Counted from the stretch's first letter, positions 54,726-64,000 are shown. The stretch is DNA of 64,000 nucleotides from an uncultured Planctomycetaceae bacterium (GCA_963815195.1 CAWFGE010000019.1:160001-224000), one strand, 5' to 3'. Notes: generated from the sequence alone by a model not told the origin. Made by a program: numbers and translations.

Positions 54726-57700
54726 CTACTCCGGCTTGACCAGAATCCACATCGGCGAAGCCCAGACGAGTTCGCCCGCCGCCCCTTCGAGATCGGGCAC
54801 CTGCTCGCCGCGGACATAATAGTAGCTCGTCTTGCCGGCGGTCGGATGCGGATCGGTCCATTGGAAATGCACATCGTTCTGGTTCGGCTCGACGATGTGC
54901 ACTTCTTCGTCGTCCTTGATGATCGTCACCTTGGCGATCTTTTCGCGCCGATCAGATGCACGTCAATCGTCGGGGCGGTCTTCGTGGTGAACTCCTCGCC
55001 CATGAAATGCACCGTGCCGCCGACCTTGCAGCGGACGTCCGCGACGATGTTGTCCGTCGAGCCGTACACCCGGCGTTTGCGGATGGCGTCGAGGATGCCT
55101 TTCCGCGTCGGCTCGGTCACCAGGACGTTACAGTAGCTGAGGTGCGTGGAGATGTGGTCGCTGCTGGACTCGAACGCCAGGCGGTAGCCTTTGAGCAGAG
55201 CCAGATTGACGAAGCCTTTGGGACGCCAGCCGCCGAGGCTTTCTTTCTCCGGCGTGGACTGTTTGAGACGGGCTTCGGTCACGGCGGACCGGGGCGCGTC
55301 GGGGCGTTCGTAGTTGTTGCGGTCGCCTTGATAGATTTCCACGAACGGCTCGACTTCGGGATCGTTGTTTCGCCAATCGGTGCCCATGTTGGTCGCCGAC
55401 GTGTGTGAAGCGCAGATTCCGCCGAAGTAGTGCAAATACATATAGAGCAGATTCGTGTCGGGGGCGGGGGCGAACTTGTCGGGCGAGGAAATGGGCAGCC
55501 GGGGCAGCGACCGCACGCCGCGGTAGGCGAACATGCAGTTGCGATGCCCTTCGGGATACCGCACGCTGCGTTCGTAGCTGTAAACGGGAACGAAATGGCC
55601 CGGCAGCGTGAACAGCGTGACGGCTTTCTGCGTGGTCCACCAGGAATACTCGCGGCCGTTGCCGAAATCGTGGTCGCCGTCGCCGATCCAATCCATGCAA
55701 GCCGCATCGATGGCATACCGCCACAAGTCGAGCAGCCCGCCGTCGCCTCCGCCGTCGGGAGACAGTTCGGTGTGCCGGTGAAATTCGCCGCGCCAGATCC
55801 GCAGCGTTTCATCGCCGAGCTCCACGCGATAAGCCCGCATGCGCTGGATGTCCTCGCGTTCGGCGGGCACGTCGGGGGCGATGCCGGCGGGCGTTTCCGC
55901 GGGAATCGCCGCCAGCTTCGGTTGGCCGGCCGCGTTCTCGAAATGCGTTCCCTCAACCACGCTGTAGAGCAAATTGTTGTTCGGATCGATTTGATTGAGA
56001 TTCCGCCGGCGGATTCGCGGGGGGCGGTTGGGCTGTTGTTCCGCGGCCTTGATGTCGGCGTCGTCGCTGGTGCCCGGCAGATGCACATCCTCCATGTCGA
56101 GCGGGTTGACTTCCCCGCGGCCGTCGCCCGAGAACACCGCCAGGATGTCCGAATTTCCGACCGCCACGAGAGCCGGGCGGTTGTCGAGAATATTGTTGGT
56201 GTGCGGGATCCACACCGCGTCCGCCCAGCCGTCCGCTCCCAGTTTCGTGAGATATTCGCACCACACCGAGCCGACGTTGACACGCCAGTTGCCCCCGGGC
56301 TTGCCGCGAAACGCGAGCCAAACCTGGCCCTTGCCGTCGCAAGCCAGGCGGGGATAAGTCGGGGCGATGTTCACGATCGGCGACCGCCGGGGGCCTCGCT
56401 GTTGCCGATTCGGATTGCCCGCCGCACCGCGCCGCCGGGGCGTCGCCGAGGGGACGGCGTCCATCACGTCTTCGGGCTCGAACCATTGGCCTTTTTGATC
56501 CCGAACCTTCACCGCCAGACTCCGGCCCGTCTGGTACAGCGGGATGCCTTTCTTCTTTAAGGCGCCGAAATCTTTGCCCCATTGGTCGCCGCTGGATTCA
56601 TAAGCGATCCACAACCGGCCTTCCGCGTCGTAAACCAAGGAGGGCCTGACTTCAAACCCCAAAGACGCGGCCACGGCTTCGGGCGGACTCAGACGTCCCT
56701 CTTCGCCCCGGCTCGCGACATACACATCGTAATCGCCTTTGTCGAACGTGTCCCAGGCGACCGCCAAGTGGCCTTTCGAATCCGCGGCGATCGCCGGTTC
56801 CCATTCGTTGCCCTTAAAGTTGCTCGCGCGAACCGGCTTAGAAAACCCGCTGCCGGTTTGATGGGACGTGAAGACGTGAAAATTCTCTTCGCGGGCGCCG
56901 ACCCAGGCGACCCAAACGTTTCCGGCAGCGTCCGCAGCCGCGCAGGGCATGAAGTCGGTGCCCGGCGTTCCACTGATATTTACGGGGTCGGCGGGGTTCT
57001 TGCCATCGGCATCGAAGCTTCGCGCCATGACTTCCCAATTGCCGTAATCGAGGTTCTGGTCCGCATCGCGATGAGCCGAATAAAACACCCACACCCGGCC
57101 GTCGCCTGCGACCGCAATCGCCGGCCGATAGAGTTCCAGTTTGCCGTCGGTGACGGGAATCGGATCGCTCCAGCGTCCGCCGCGGAGCATCTGCAAATAA
57201 AGCTGCTCGCCACCCGCGGGTTGGGCGAGATAATCCAGGTCGCCGGGCTGTTCGATCATGCGGACCGGCGTGTTGAAGTTATTGACCGGGCCGGACTCCT
57301 TCGTCGCCGGCCGTTCTCTGAGGCCCTGGAAATCCCGCCCGTGCGTGAACGCGAGATACACCACATACACCGTGCCGTCTTTGCCCGTCGCCACCGCTGG
57401 GTAATCTTCGTCGGCCATCGTCGCGGCGAGGGCGTGAACCGTCGGCACGCGCTCCACAATGACGTTGCCCGCCTTAAATGGCTGGCTCACGCCATAAGAC
57501 AATTGATCGAGCCGAAACTTGACGGTGGCCGGTTCGGTCACGAACTCCAATTCTTCATTGGGCCGGCACCCGGTCAGAGTGACGAGGATCCCATTGTCGG
57601 AGATCGGCAACTTCAGACCGGCCGCGATCCGCTGCCGCTGGGCCGCGTTCTGTGCATTCGCCCGCCGGGTGCGGACCTTCCAGGTGTTGTTCTCGGCGGA

Positions 57701-57931
57701 GTCGTTCTGCGACCACCGCCAACCGCGGATCGATTCCACCTTGCCCGATCCGGCGAGCAGCTTTCCGCTCCAGTCGGTCGGGGTTTGATCCTTCATGCCG
57801 AAGCGGATGCGGAGCGTGACCGGGTTCTCATCCGCGGCCCGGCCCAGGCCGCTCAAAACGACCAGGCAGAAAAGCATTCCGGGCACAAACGAAAGGACAA
57901 GGCCTTCACAAAACGGGGATTTGCGCTGCAT
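54726..57931 (-). CDS. Large secreted protein: beta-propeller region + PHP-like (DUF3604/CehA-McbA-type) metallohydrolase domain; frameshift near 54940
   Basis: Repeated PAIA..D..G..WV motifs; WRGEFHRHTELS, GDHD, GHRN, SHTS, VEIYQ, SSDH; C-terminal SYYYVRGEQ...WASPMW in ORF 54726..54929. Confidence 0.75.
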
Positions 57932-58032
57932 GTTGCACCTCGAAAAGAATGAGAATCTGAGCGGTAGGCGCTAGCCTCCGGTCTCCGGCCGCTCACTTTG
58001 GCGGAATCTGCATTATCAACACATTCTGAAAA

Positions 58033-59262
58033 TCATCCGGCCACGAATTGTGACATCACGCGGGTCACAAGCCAATATCCACCAACCACTGCGACGGAAA
58101 TCGATCCCGCCGGCACCAGGCGCGCCACGAGCTGCTCATTTCGCCTGGTGAGCCATAACAGGGGGAGAAAAACCACCGCCACGCCCAGTTGCCCGGCTTC
58201 GACGCCGAGGTTGAATTCCAACAGCGGCCAAAGCACGCCGCCGGGAATCGTCCCCAAACCGATGTCGCGGAGGGCCGAGGCGAACCCCAACCCGTGCACC
58301 AATCCGAATAAGCACGTCACCGCCGCCCGCCGCCAGAGCGCCGGCGTGCCGAACAGGTTTTCGATGGCCACATACACGATCGACAACGCGATCACAGGCT
58401 CCACAATCTCGCCCGGCAGCCGCACGACGTCGAGGGCCGCGAGCGCCAACGTGATGGAATGCGCCACGGTGAAACACGTGATGATCACCGCGGCTTCTTT
58501 GAACTTCGTGCACGTCAACAAGAGCGCGGCCAGAAACAACAAATGATCGTAGCCGGTGATGATGTGCTCGACGCCGAACAGAAAAAACGAGATTCGCGAA
58601 GACGGTTGGCCCGACACCGGCGCGGTCTTCGGCTTTCGAACCACGGGGGCCGACTCCTTGACCTCGGCGGACGATTCTTTCGAGCCAACGCGTTGGGCCG
58701 GTGGCCCGTTGGTTTGAGCGGGCGGCTTCACGGCCGAGCCCTTGGCGGGCGGCACGGCGGTGAATCCCGCGTCCCGCTCCACCGTCAACACATCCTCCAA
58801 GCGGATCAGGCCCCGCTCCCCATCGGCGGGCGTTTCGCGGCGATCTTCGATAAACAGCAATTGCCGATGCCCGCGCGGCATGTGGATCAGGTGCTTGGAC
58901 CACACGAGCAATTCCACGGTCTCGTTCGACGGAGAAAAATCGTAATCGACATCGACCTCGATCAAGCCCACTTCCAAAAGGAACGCCTTGACCTTCACGG
59001 GCCGGAGCGGCTGTTCGTCGATCTGCAATTCCACAACCTCGCCCGCCGACTTTTCCAATTCGCGGCACACGTCGGCGACGTAGTCGGGATATTTCCCCGG
59101 CGGAAACCAGTCTCCCAAATCCCGCGTGTGCAGCGTGAGCGCGGCTTGCATCCGTCCCGGCATGACCGTGACGTGCATCCCGCTGAATCCTTCCGGATGC
59201 GCGAACGCCGCCGAGACACAACACAACTGCAACAGCCCCGCCAAAAGCCAGCCAATCGCCAT
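58033..59262 (-). CDS. HupE/UreJ family metal-transporter-like membrane protein with an N-terminal exported domain
   Basis: AFAHP signal-peptide end; GVEHIITGYDHLLFL, FTVAHSITL, VEPVIALSI, FGLVHGLGFA, FNLGVEAGQ. Confidence 0.88.
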   Translation of the reverse strand: MAIGWLLAGLLQLCCVSAAFAHPEGFSGMHVTVMPGRMQAALTLHTRDLGDWFPPGKYPDYVADVCRELEKSAGEVVELQIDEQPLRPVKVKAFLLEVGLIEVDVDYDFSPSNETVELLVWSKHLIHMPRGHRQLLFIEDRRETPADGERGLIRLEDVLTVERDAGFTAVPPAKGSAVKPPAQTNGPPAQRVGSKESSAEVKESAPVVRKPKTAPVSGQPSSRISFFLFGVEHIITGYDHLLFLAALLLTCTKFKEAAVIITCFTVAHSITLALAALDVVRLPGEIVEPVIALSIVYVAIENLFGTPALWRRAAVTCLFGLVHGLGFASALRDIGLGTIPGGVLWPLLEFNLGVEAGQLGVAVVFLPLLWLTRRNEQLVARLVPAGSISVAVVGGYWLVTRVMSQFVAG

Positions 59263-59490
59263 CCGCCTCCCCTCGCCGCCGGAACGAGGAGATCGATAAA
59301 GCCAAAACGTGGGCGGGTTTCGCCGCCGGGATGTCGATGCGTGTTCCAACCCCGATGACTCCGGCATCCAGGACGAGAGATGATAAGGAAAACGGTCCAA
59401 GGCCGATGGGATGAGTAGATTCTACCGCGATTCTCAGCCCACGCAATTCAGCACGTTCCCCGGATCATCTTTCCGGCTCATGGAACCCGT

Positions 59491-60786
59491 TCACTTCTTG
59501 GCGGGCAATTCCAGGGACATGAGTTTATCGGCGTCGCGGACATAAAGTCGGCCGTTCGCCAAGGCGGGCAAGGCGCGGATGGTATTGTTGCTGAGGCGCG
59601 TGCGGGCCAGTTCGCGATAGGCGGCCGTGTCGAGGGCGGCCATCACGAGTTCGCCGTCGGTGGTGAGGATCAACAGTTTGCCGTCGGCCGCCAAAAGCGT
59701 GGCGTATCCCAGCCCGGCTTTTTCCCAGAGGACTTTTTGCGCCAAGGGATCGATGCAGCGGAGCACCGGTTCGCCCACATCCTGCCGGCCGTGGATGCCG
59801 ATGAGCTTTCCTTTATGCTCAATGGGCGTTGTGTATTGGCTAGAAAGCAGGTCGTCGTTTTGCCAGAGGATCTTGGCGTTGTTCGGTTCGATTTTCGCGA
59901 ACACCGCCCCGGCTCCGTAGCTGGCGGTGACGAAGAGCTTGTCGCCCAAAATCACAGGATTGGCCGCACTGACTTTGGGGCCGGGGGCATTATAGGGAAA
60001 CCGAAACTGCAACTTGCCGTTGGCGGGATCGACCGAAACCACGCTCAGCCGCGCGATGACGAGCACGTGCCGGACGTCGTTCACGGTTGCGAGCATCGGC
60101 GAGGAATAGCCGGCCCGTTCCTTGGTGCTTTTCCAGAGTGTTTTTCCATCCTTGAGGGCGAACGCCACGATGCCCGCCTCGGCCGCGTCGCCGCCCACGT
60201 TGACGATCAGTTTGTCATCGACCGCCAGAGGCGTGCTGCCGATGCCGAAGTAACCCTCCGGCGGTTCGCCGCGGAACGGGCGTTTGGAATTGTAATCCTG
60301 ATAGGTGTCGCGGTGCCAAATTTCGTTTCCCGTGGCGAAATCCAGACAGCGAAGCTGCCCCATTGCTCCGTAAACGTACACGCGGTTTTTGTGAATCAAA
60401 GGCGTGCACCGGGGGCCGTTGTCGGAAATAAACGAAGGCACATAGCTCGCCTCAAAATCTTTCTTCCACAACAACTTGCCGGTCCGGGCATCCAAGGCTT
60501 CCACACGCTCCGAGCCGCCCACGCGATGAAACACGACGAGTTTCCCATCGGCGACCGCGGGGCCGGCGAACCCGTCGCCCACTTCGTGAGTCCAGGACGT
60601 CTTCAACCCGCCGTCCGGCCAGCGGTCGGCCAGGTTTTCCTTTTCCGCGATCCCGTTCCGGTTCGGCCCCAGAATCTGCGGCCAATCCCCGGCCCGGCTC
60701 GTTCCGGTGGATAATAAAAGAGCAACCGCGGTCGTCCCTGCCAAGAAAAAACGCATCGGATCGAAACTCGACAAAAGAGGGTTCAT
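59491..60786 (-). CDS. PQQ-binding-like beta-propeller protein
   Basis: GDWPQILGPNRNG, GPRCTP, GSTPL, GYSSP, PALANGRLYVRD. Confidence 0.88.
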   Translation of the reverse strand: MNPLLSSFDPMRFFLAGTTAVALLLSTGTSRAGDWPQILGPNRNGIAEKENLADRWPDGGLKTSWTHEVGDGFAGPAVADGKLVVFHRVGGSERVEALDARTGKLLWKKDFEASYVPSFISDNGPRCTPLIHKNRVYVYGAMGQLRCLDFATGNEIWHRDTYQDYNSKRPFRGEPPEGYFGIGSTPLAVDDKLIVNVGGDAAEAGIVAFALKDGKTLWKSTKERAGYSSPMLATVNDVRHVLVIARLSVVSVDPANGKLQFRFPYNAPGPKVSAANPVILGDKLFVTASYGAGAVFAKIEPNNAKILWQNDDLLSSQYTTPIEHKGKLIGIHGRQDVGEPVLRCIDPLAQKVLWEKAGLGYATLLAADGKLLILTTDGELVMAALDTAAYRELARTRLSNNTIRALPALANGRLYVRDADKLMSLELPAKK

Positions 60787-60879
60787 GGATTTTCAAACGC
60801 CGGCCTCTCAGAATAAAACAACAACGGCCAAATTGCGAATGTCCGCGTGAAACCTCTCCTGGAAACTTCCAAACGAACC

Positions 60880-61956
60880 ATGCCCCACACCAACACCACG
60901 ACCGTGATCATCGGCCAAGGCCTGGCGGGGACGGTCTTGGCCTGGCAGCTTCTGTGGCGGGGGGAATCGCTCGTGATGATTGACGACGGTTCCTTCCCCA
61001 CCGCGTCCCGGATCGCGGCCGGCCTGGTGACGCCCATCACCGGGCAGCGGCTCGTGCCCAGTTGGCGGTTCGCCGAGTTCTGGCCCGCCGCGCTAGGCTT
61101 TTATCGCCGGGTCGAGCAGGAAACCGGCCGATCGTTCTTCCGAGAAGTGCCGATGCTGCGGCTCTTCGGAAGCGAACAGGAACGCCTGCGGTTTTCGCAA
61201 TCACCATCCGCCGATTCCCCGGTTGCTGTCAAATATCCAGAACCACTCGTGGACGAGACCGCCTTCAAAAATGCATGGGGCGGATTTGAGATGCTCGGCG
61301 GACAGTTGGATGTCTGCGGGTTCCTGGAAACTTCGCGATCCTGGTTTGAAGACCGCGGGCTGTTGCGAACGAGTCGTGTCAATCTCCCCGCGGACCTGGA
61401 GTTGCAAATCGAATCCGTCGCCTTTTCCAAGTGGTACCTTGAAGCGAAGCGGGTGGTTTTTTGCGAAGGGTTTGCCGGTCGGAGAAATCCTTGGTTCCAG
61501 CGGGTGCCGTTTGATGCGGCCAAGGGGGAGATTCTGACGATCCGCGTGCCGGGCCTCGAGGAACAGCGGATCATCCACTGCGGGATTTGGCTGGCTCCGT
61601 TGGGAGAGGAACTGTTCCGCGCGGGAGCGACGTATGATCGGGAGAACCTGAACAACTTGCCCACAGAAAGCGGACGCGAGGAAATCTGCCGGCAGCTTCA
61701 AACCTTATTGCGATTGCCGTTTGAAGTCGTCGATCATCACGCGGCCGTGCGTCCCGTTGTGGTCGGCCGGCATCCGGTGATCGGATTGCATCCCCAATTT
61801 CCGCCGTTGGGTTATTGCAACGGCCTCGGTTCCAAAGGGGCACTCCAGGCTCCGTTCGTTGCGGAGCAGTTCGCGAGGTTTCTCCAAGGCGCGGGCGAGA
61901 TTGAAGACATCCTGAACCTCCGGCAGCGGTTTGGCGATATGTTATGGAACGATTGA
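60880..61956 (+). CDS. FAD-dependent oxidoreductase (DAO family; similar to the MnmC oxidase domain)
   Basis: IIGQGLAG, ASRIAAGL, VVFCEG, AKGEIL, GATY, AAVRP, NGLGSKG. Confidence 0.85.
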   Translation: MPHTNTTTVIIGQGLAGTVLAWQLLWRGESLVMIDDGSFPTASRIAAGLVTPITGQRLVPSWRFAEFWPAALGFYRRVEQETGRSFFREVPMLRLFGSEQERLRFSQSPSADSPVAVKYPEPLVDETAFKNAWGGFEMLGGQLDVCGFLETSRSWFEDRGLLRTSRVNLPADLELQIESVAFSKWYLEAKRVVFCEGFAGRRNPWFQRVPFDAAKGEILTIRVPGLEEQRIIHCGIWLAPLGEELFRAGATYDRENLNNLPTESGREEICRQLQTLLRLPFEVVDHHAAVRPVVVGRHPVIGLHPQFPPLGYCNGLGSKGALQAPFVAEQFARFLQGAGEIEDILNLRQRFGDMLWND

Positions 61957-62510
61957 CTGAGAAAGCCCATCAAATCGTGCGCTCTCGTGTGAGGCCGGGC
62001 GATGTGGCGATCGATGCCACCGCGGGGAACGGATACGACACCTTGTTCCTCAGCGAAGCCGTGGGAGACGCGGGGCTTGTGTTTGCCTTCGATGTGCAGC
62101 CGGCGGCTCTTGAGCAAACCGCCGCGCGGTTGGAAAATGCCGGCCGAAGCAACGTGCTGCTCGTGCCGCACAATCACGCGGAGTTGGCGAGTCACATCCC
62201 CGCCGAGCACCACGGCCAAATCGCCGCGGTGATGTTCAACCTGGGCTACTTGCCGGGATCCGACAAATCGTTCCACACGAAACCGGAAACCACAGGGTGG
62301 GCCATCCTGGGCGCGTTGCCTTGGCTCCGCGCGGACGGCGTTTTGACCGTGCTCGCCTACACGGGGCATCCCGGTGGGCTGGAGGAAGCCGCCGCCGTGC
62401 ACCAATTGCTGCAAAGCCTTTCTGGAGAGGAATTTACAGTCGAAACTCATGTCCCGGACCGGCCGTCGGCTCCACAACTGTTCGTGGTCGCCCGGCGGCA
62501 TAATCCGTAG
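61944..62510 (+). CDS. mnmM: Class I SAM methyltransferase, YtqB/MnmM-like (PF06962-type)
   Basis: GDVAIDATAGNGYDT, FAFDVQ, MFNLGYLPGSDK, AYTGHPGGLEE. Overlaps the upstream gene by 13 bp. Confidence 0.78.
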   Translation: MERLTEKAHQIVRSRVRPGDVAIDATAGNGYDTLFLSEAVGDAGLVFAFDVQPAALEQTAARLENAGRSNVLLVPHNHAELASHIPAEHHGQIAAVMFNLGYLPGSDKSFHTKPETTGWAILGALPWLRADGVLTVLAYTGHPGGLEEAAAVHQLLQSLSGEEFTVETHVPDRPSAPQLFVVARRHNP

Positions 62511-62639
62511 CGGATCGAGGATTTTCTTCCGAAAACGATGTTTCTCCGCGGTCGAAATCCTCGGAATTCGTATGATACAATGCATTGACCACGGAAGAAT
62601 TAAAAACTCAATAGTTCCAAATTACGGTAAAAAGGACCG

Positions 62640-62846
62640 AAGGTCCGGGCCTATGTCAGCCCAGGGCAAGCGCAGCGCCGCCCTGGGTTATGGATGATAA
62701 ATGAAACGCAAGCCCAGCGGGGCGGCCCTAGAGGGCACGCGCAGGGGCAGCTTCAATCCCACGCACGCATTACGTATCTTCGGTTTAGGACCGCCCCTTT
62801 GGGCCTATTGCATTTTGTTTGTTCCTGGTCCCCAGGGCTGCGCCCT
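62640..62846. repeat. Composite palindromic REP-like element interrupted by IS110 at CT 62845-62846
   Basis: Left hairpin AGCCCAGGGC...GCCCTGGGTT (62658-62689); inner imperfect inverted repeat 62712-62730 / 62786-62804; right hairpin CCCAGGGC-TGC-GCCCT, cut off before the expected GGG. Confidence 0.75.
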
Positions 62847-62859
62847 TATAGGATTTGCT

Positions 62860-63150
62860 GAGGGATGGATCGGCCGCGGGAGAGGGCGGGGGACGCAAGT
62901 CTCTCCCCACGGACTCTTCCGCGCCGGAGCCGATCCAGCGCCGTTTTTTTCCTGTTTTTCCAGCCCCAACTTTGAGAGGATCAAAATCAGGCACGCGTCG
63001 CCCCGCTACGAATCGTGCGCCCCATCGCTTCAACGATTGAGCCCAGACTTTCGAGCGGGACGATGCTCTTGGGAACCAACGAATCACTCCAGATGATGAC
63101 GCCAAAACGTCTCGGACTATAAGGTTTTCGCCCGCTCCCAAGATCGCGTG
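62860..63150 (+). ncRNA. Putative IS110 bridge RNA (5' stem-loop, target-binding loop, donor-binding loop)
   Basis: Hairpin 62866-62937. Target loop 62995-63066 with TGCGCCC (63016-63022) and AGCCCAG (63040-63046). Donor loop 63067-63143 with CTATAAG (63117-63123). TGCGCCC and CTATAAG match the junction; AGCCCAG matches the predicted right flank. RNA ends are approximate. Confidence 0.8.
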
Positions 63151-63192
63151 CCCTTTTTGATTGTGTTTCACTTTAACAGGAGACGATCCCCC

Positions 63193-64000
63193 ATGCACTC
63201 GAATTTGCTCGACCCCAATGCCTGTGTGCTGATCGGCCTCGATTGGGCCGACCGCGAACATGCCGTCTGCCGGCTGCTTCCCGACGGCGGAACCGAACAC
63301 CGGCAACTCGAACACACGCCCGAAGCGATTGCCGACTGGCTCGCCGGCCTGCGGAAGCAATTCCCCGGTCGCCCGATTCGGATCGCGTTGGAGCAAAGCT
63401 GCGGCGCGCTGATGAGCGCTCTGCCGTTTCGCCGACCTGGAACTCGAACTGTATCCCATCAATCCCAAGCAGCTGGCCCGCTATCGGGACGCGATTCATC
63501 CTTCGGGAGCGAAATCCGATCTAGACGATGCGCAGCTCTTGGCCCGCTTTCTGCAAAACCATCAGGAGCAACTCCTCCCGTTCGTGGCGGACGATCCCGA
63601 AACCCGCCGCCTGGCCGAGTTGTCCGAACTTCGCCGCAAGCTGGTCGATGACCGCAAAACCCTTGTGCAGAAGCTCGAAGGCACGCTCAAGCTGTATTTT
63701 CCGCAACTGCTCGAATGGTGTGCCGGGAAGAGTCGCCAACCCCTGTTGCTCGCCGTGCTTCGCCGCTGGCCGAGCTTGGGCGATCTTAAGCGGGCTCATC
63801 CCAAAACGCTTCGCACGTTCCTCGCCGAGCATGGCCTGCGGAACCCCGACCAGCAAACCGAGTGGATCGACAACGTCCGCCCCGCCACCCCGTTGACCGA
63901 GGATGCCAGTTTGATCGAACCCCGCGCGATGTACGCCCAAAGTCTCGGCCGGCAAATCGAGGAACTGAACGAGGCCATTGCCAAATTCGAGAAGCAACTG
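63193..64000 (+). CDS. IS110-family DEDD transposase/recombinase (partial; frameshift near 63430)
   Basis: AGGAG then ATG at 63193. IGLDWADREH (D), IALEQS (E), then in the shifted frame YPINPKQLARYR...GAKSDLDDA (D,D) and LRRKLVDDRK...LKLYFP. Confidence 0.92.

Larger units (their letters stand above)
62847..64000 (+). mobile_element. IS110-family insertion sequence (left end and partial transposase; right end is outside the window)
   Basis: 346-nt structured non-coding left end followed by a DEDD transposase; abrupt junction at a CT inside a repeat hairpin. Confidence 0.88.

Noticed and set aside
59270..59480. Cobalamin or NiCo riboswitch upstream of the HupE/UreJ gene
   Set aside because: I could not find the conserved riboswitch core motifs by eye; an Rfam/Infernal scan would be decisive.
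63410..63445. Programmed ribosomal frameshift in the IS110 transposase
   Set aside because: There is no slippery heptamer, programmed frameshifting is not typical of IS110, and many unrelated genes in the window show similar single-base breaks.

Overview
High-GC bacterial chromosome window, very likely from a Planctomycete. Supporting features are DUF1501, a PVC-type heme protein, a LEDRTLL-type giant surface protein, PQQ-like propellers, a sulfatase and a HINT-domain protein. It holds about 31 protein-coding genes, mostly catabolic or envelope functions, plus several families of short palindromic REP-like repeats. About 12 genes are split by single-base frameshifts, most plausibly long-read indel errors. 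The most striking element is at the right edge: an IS110-family element inserted at a CT dinucleotide inside a composite palindromic repeat. Its 346-nt left non-coding end folds into a recognisable bridge RNA. The left target guide and right donor guide match the insertion junction in this window, and the right target guide matches the right flank predicted from the repeat's symmetry. Other points of interest: an overlapping FAD-oxidoreductase plus MnmM(YtqB)-like methyltransferase pair that could act as a split MnmC; a TPR/coiled-coil plus HINT(HD) gene pair; a TIGR03032 gene next to a ~2680-aa repetitive surface protein; a soluble-adenylyl-cyclase/STAND protein; a membrane-anchored HTH protein with acidic DSDV/DSGI repeats; and a truncated DUF1501 remnant. 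All family assignments are from motif recognition, not database searches.
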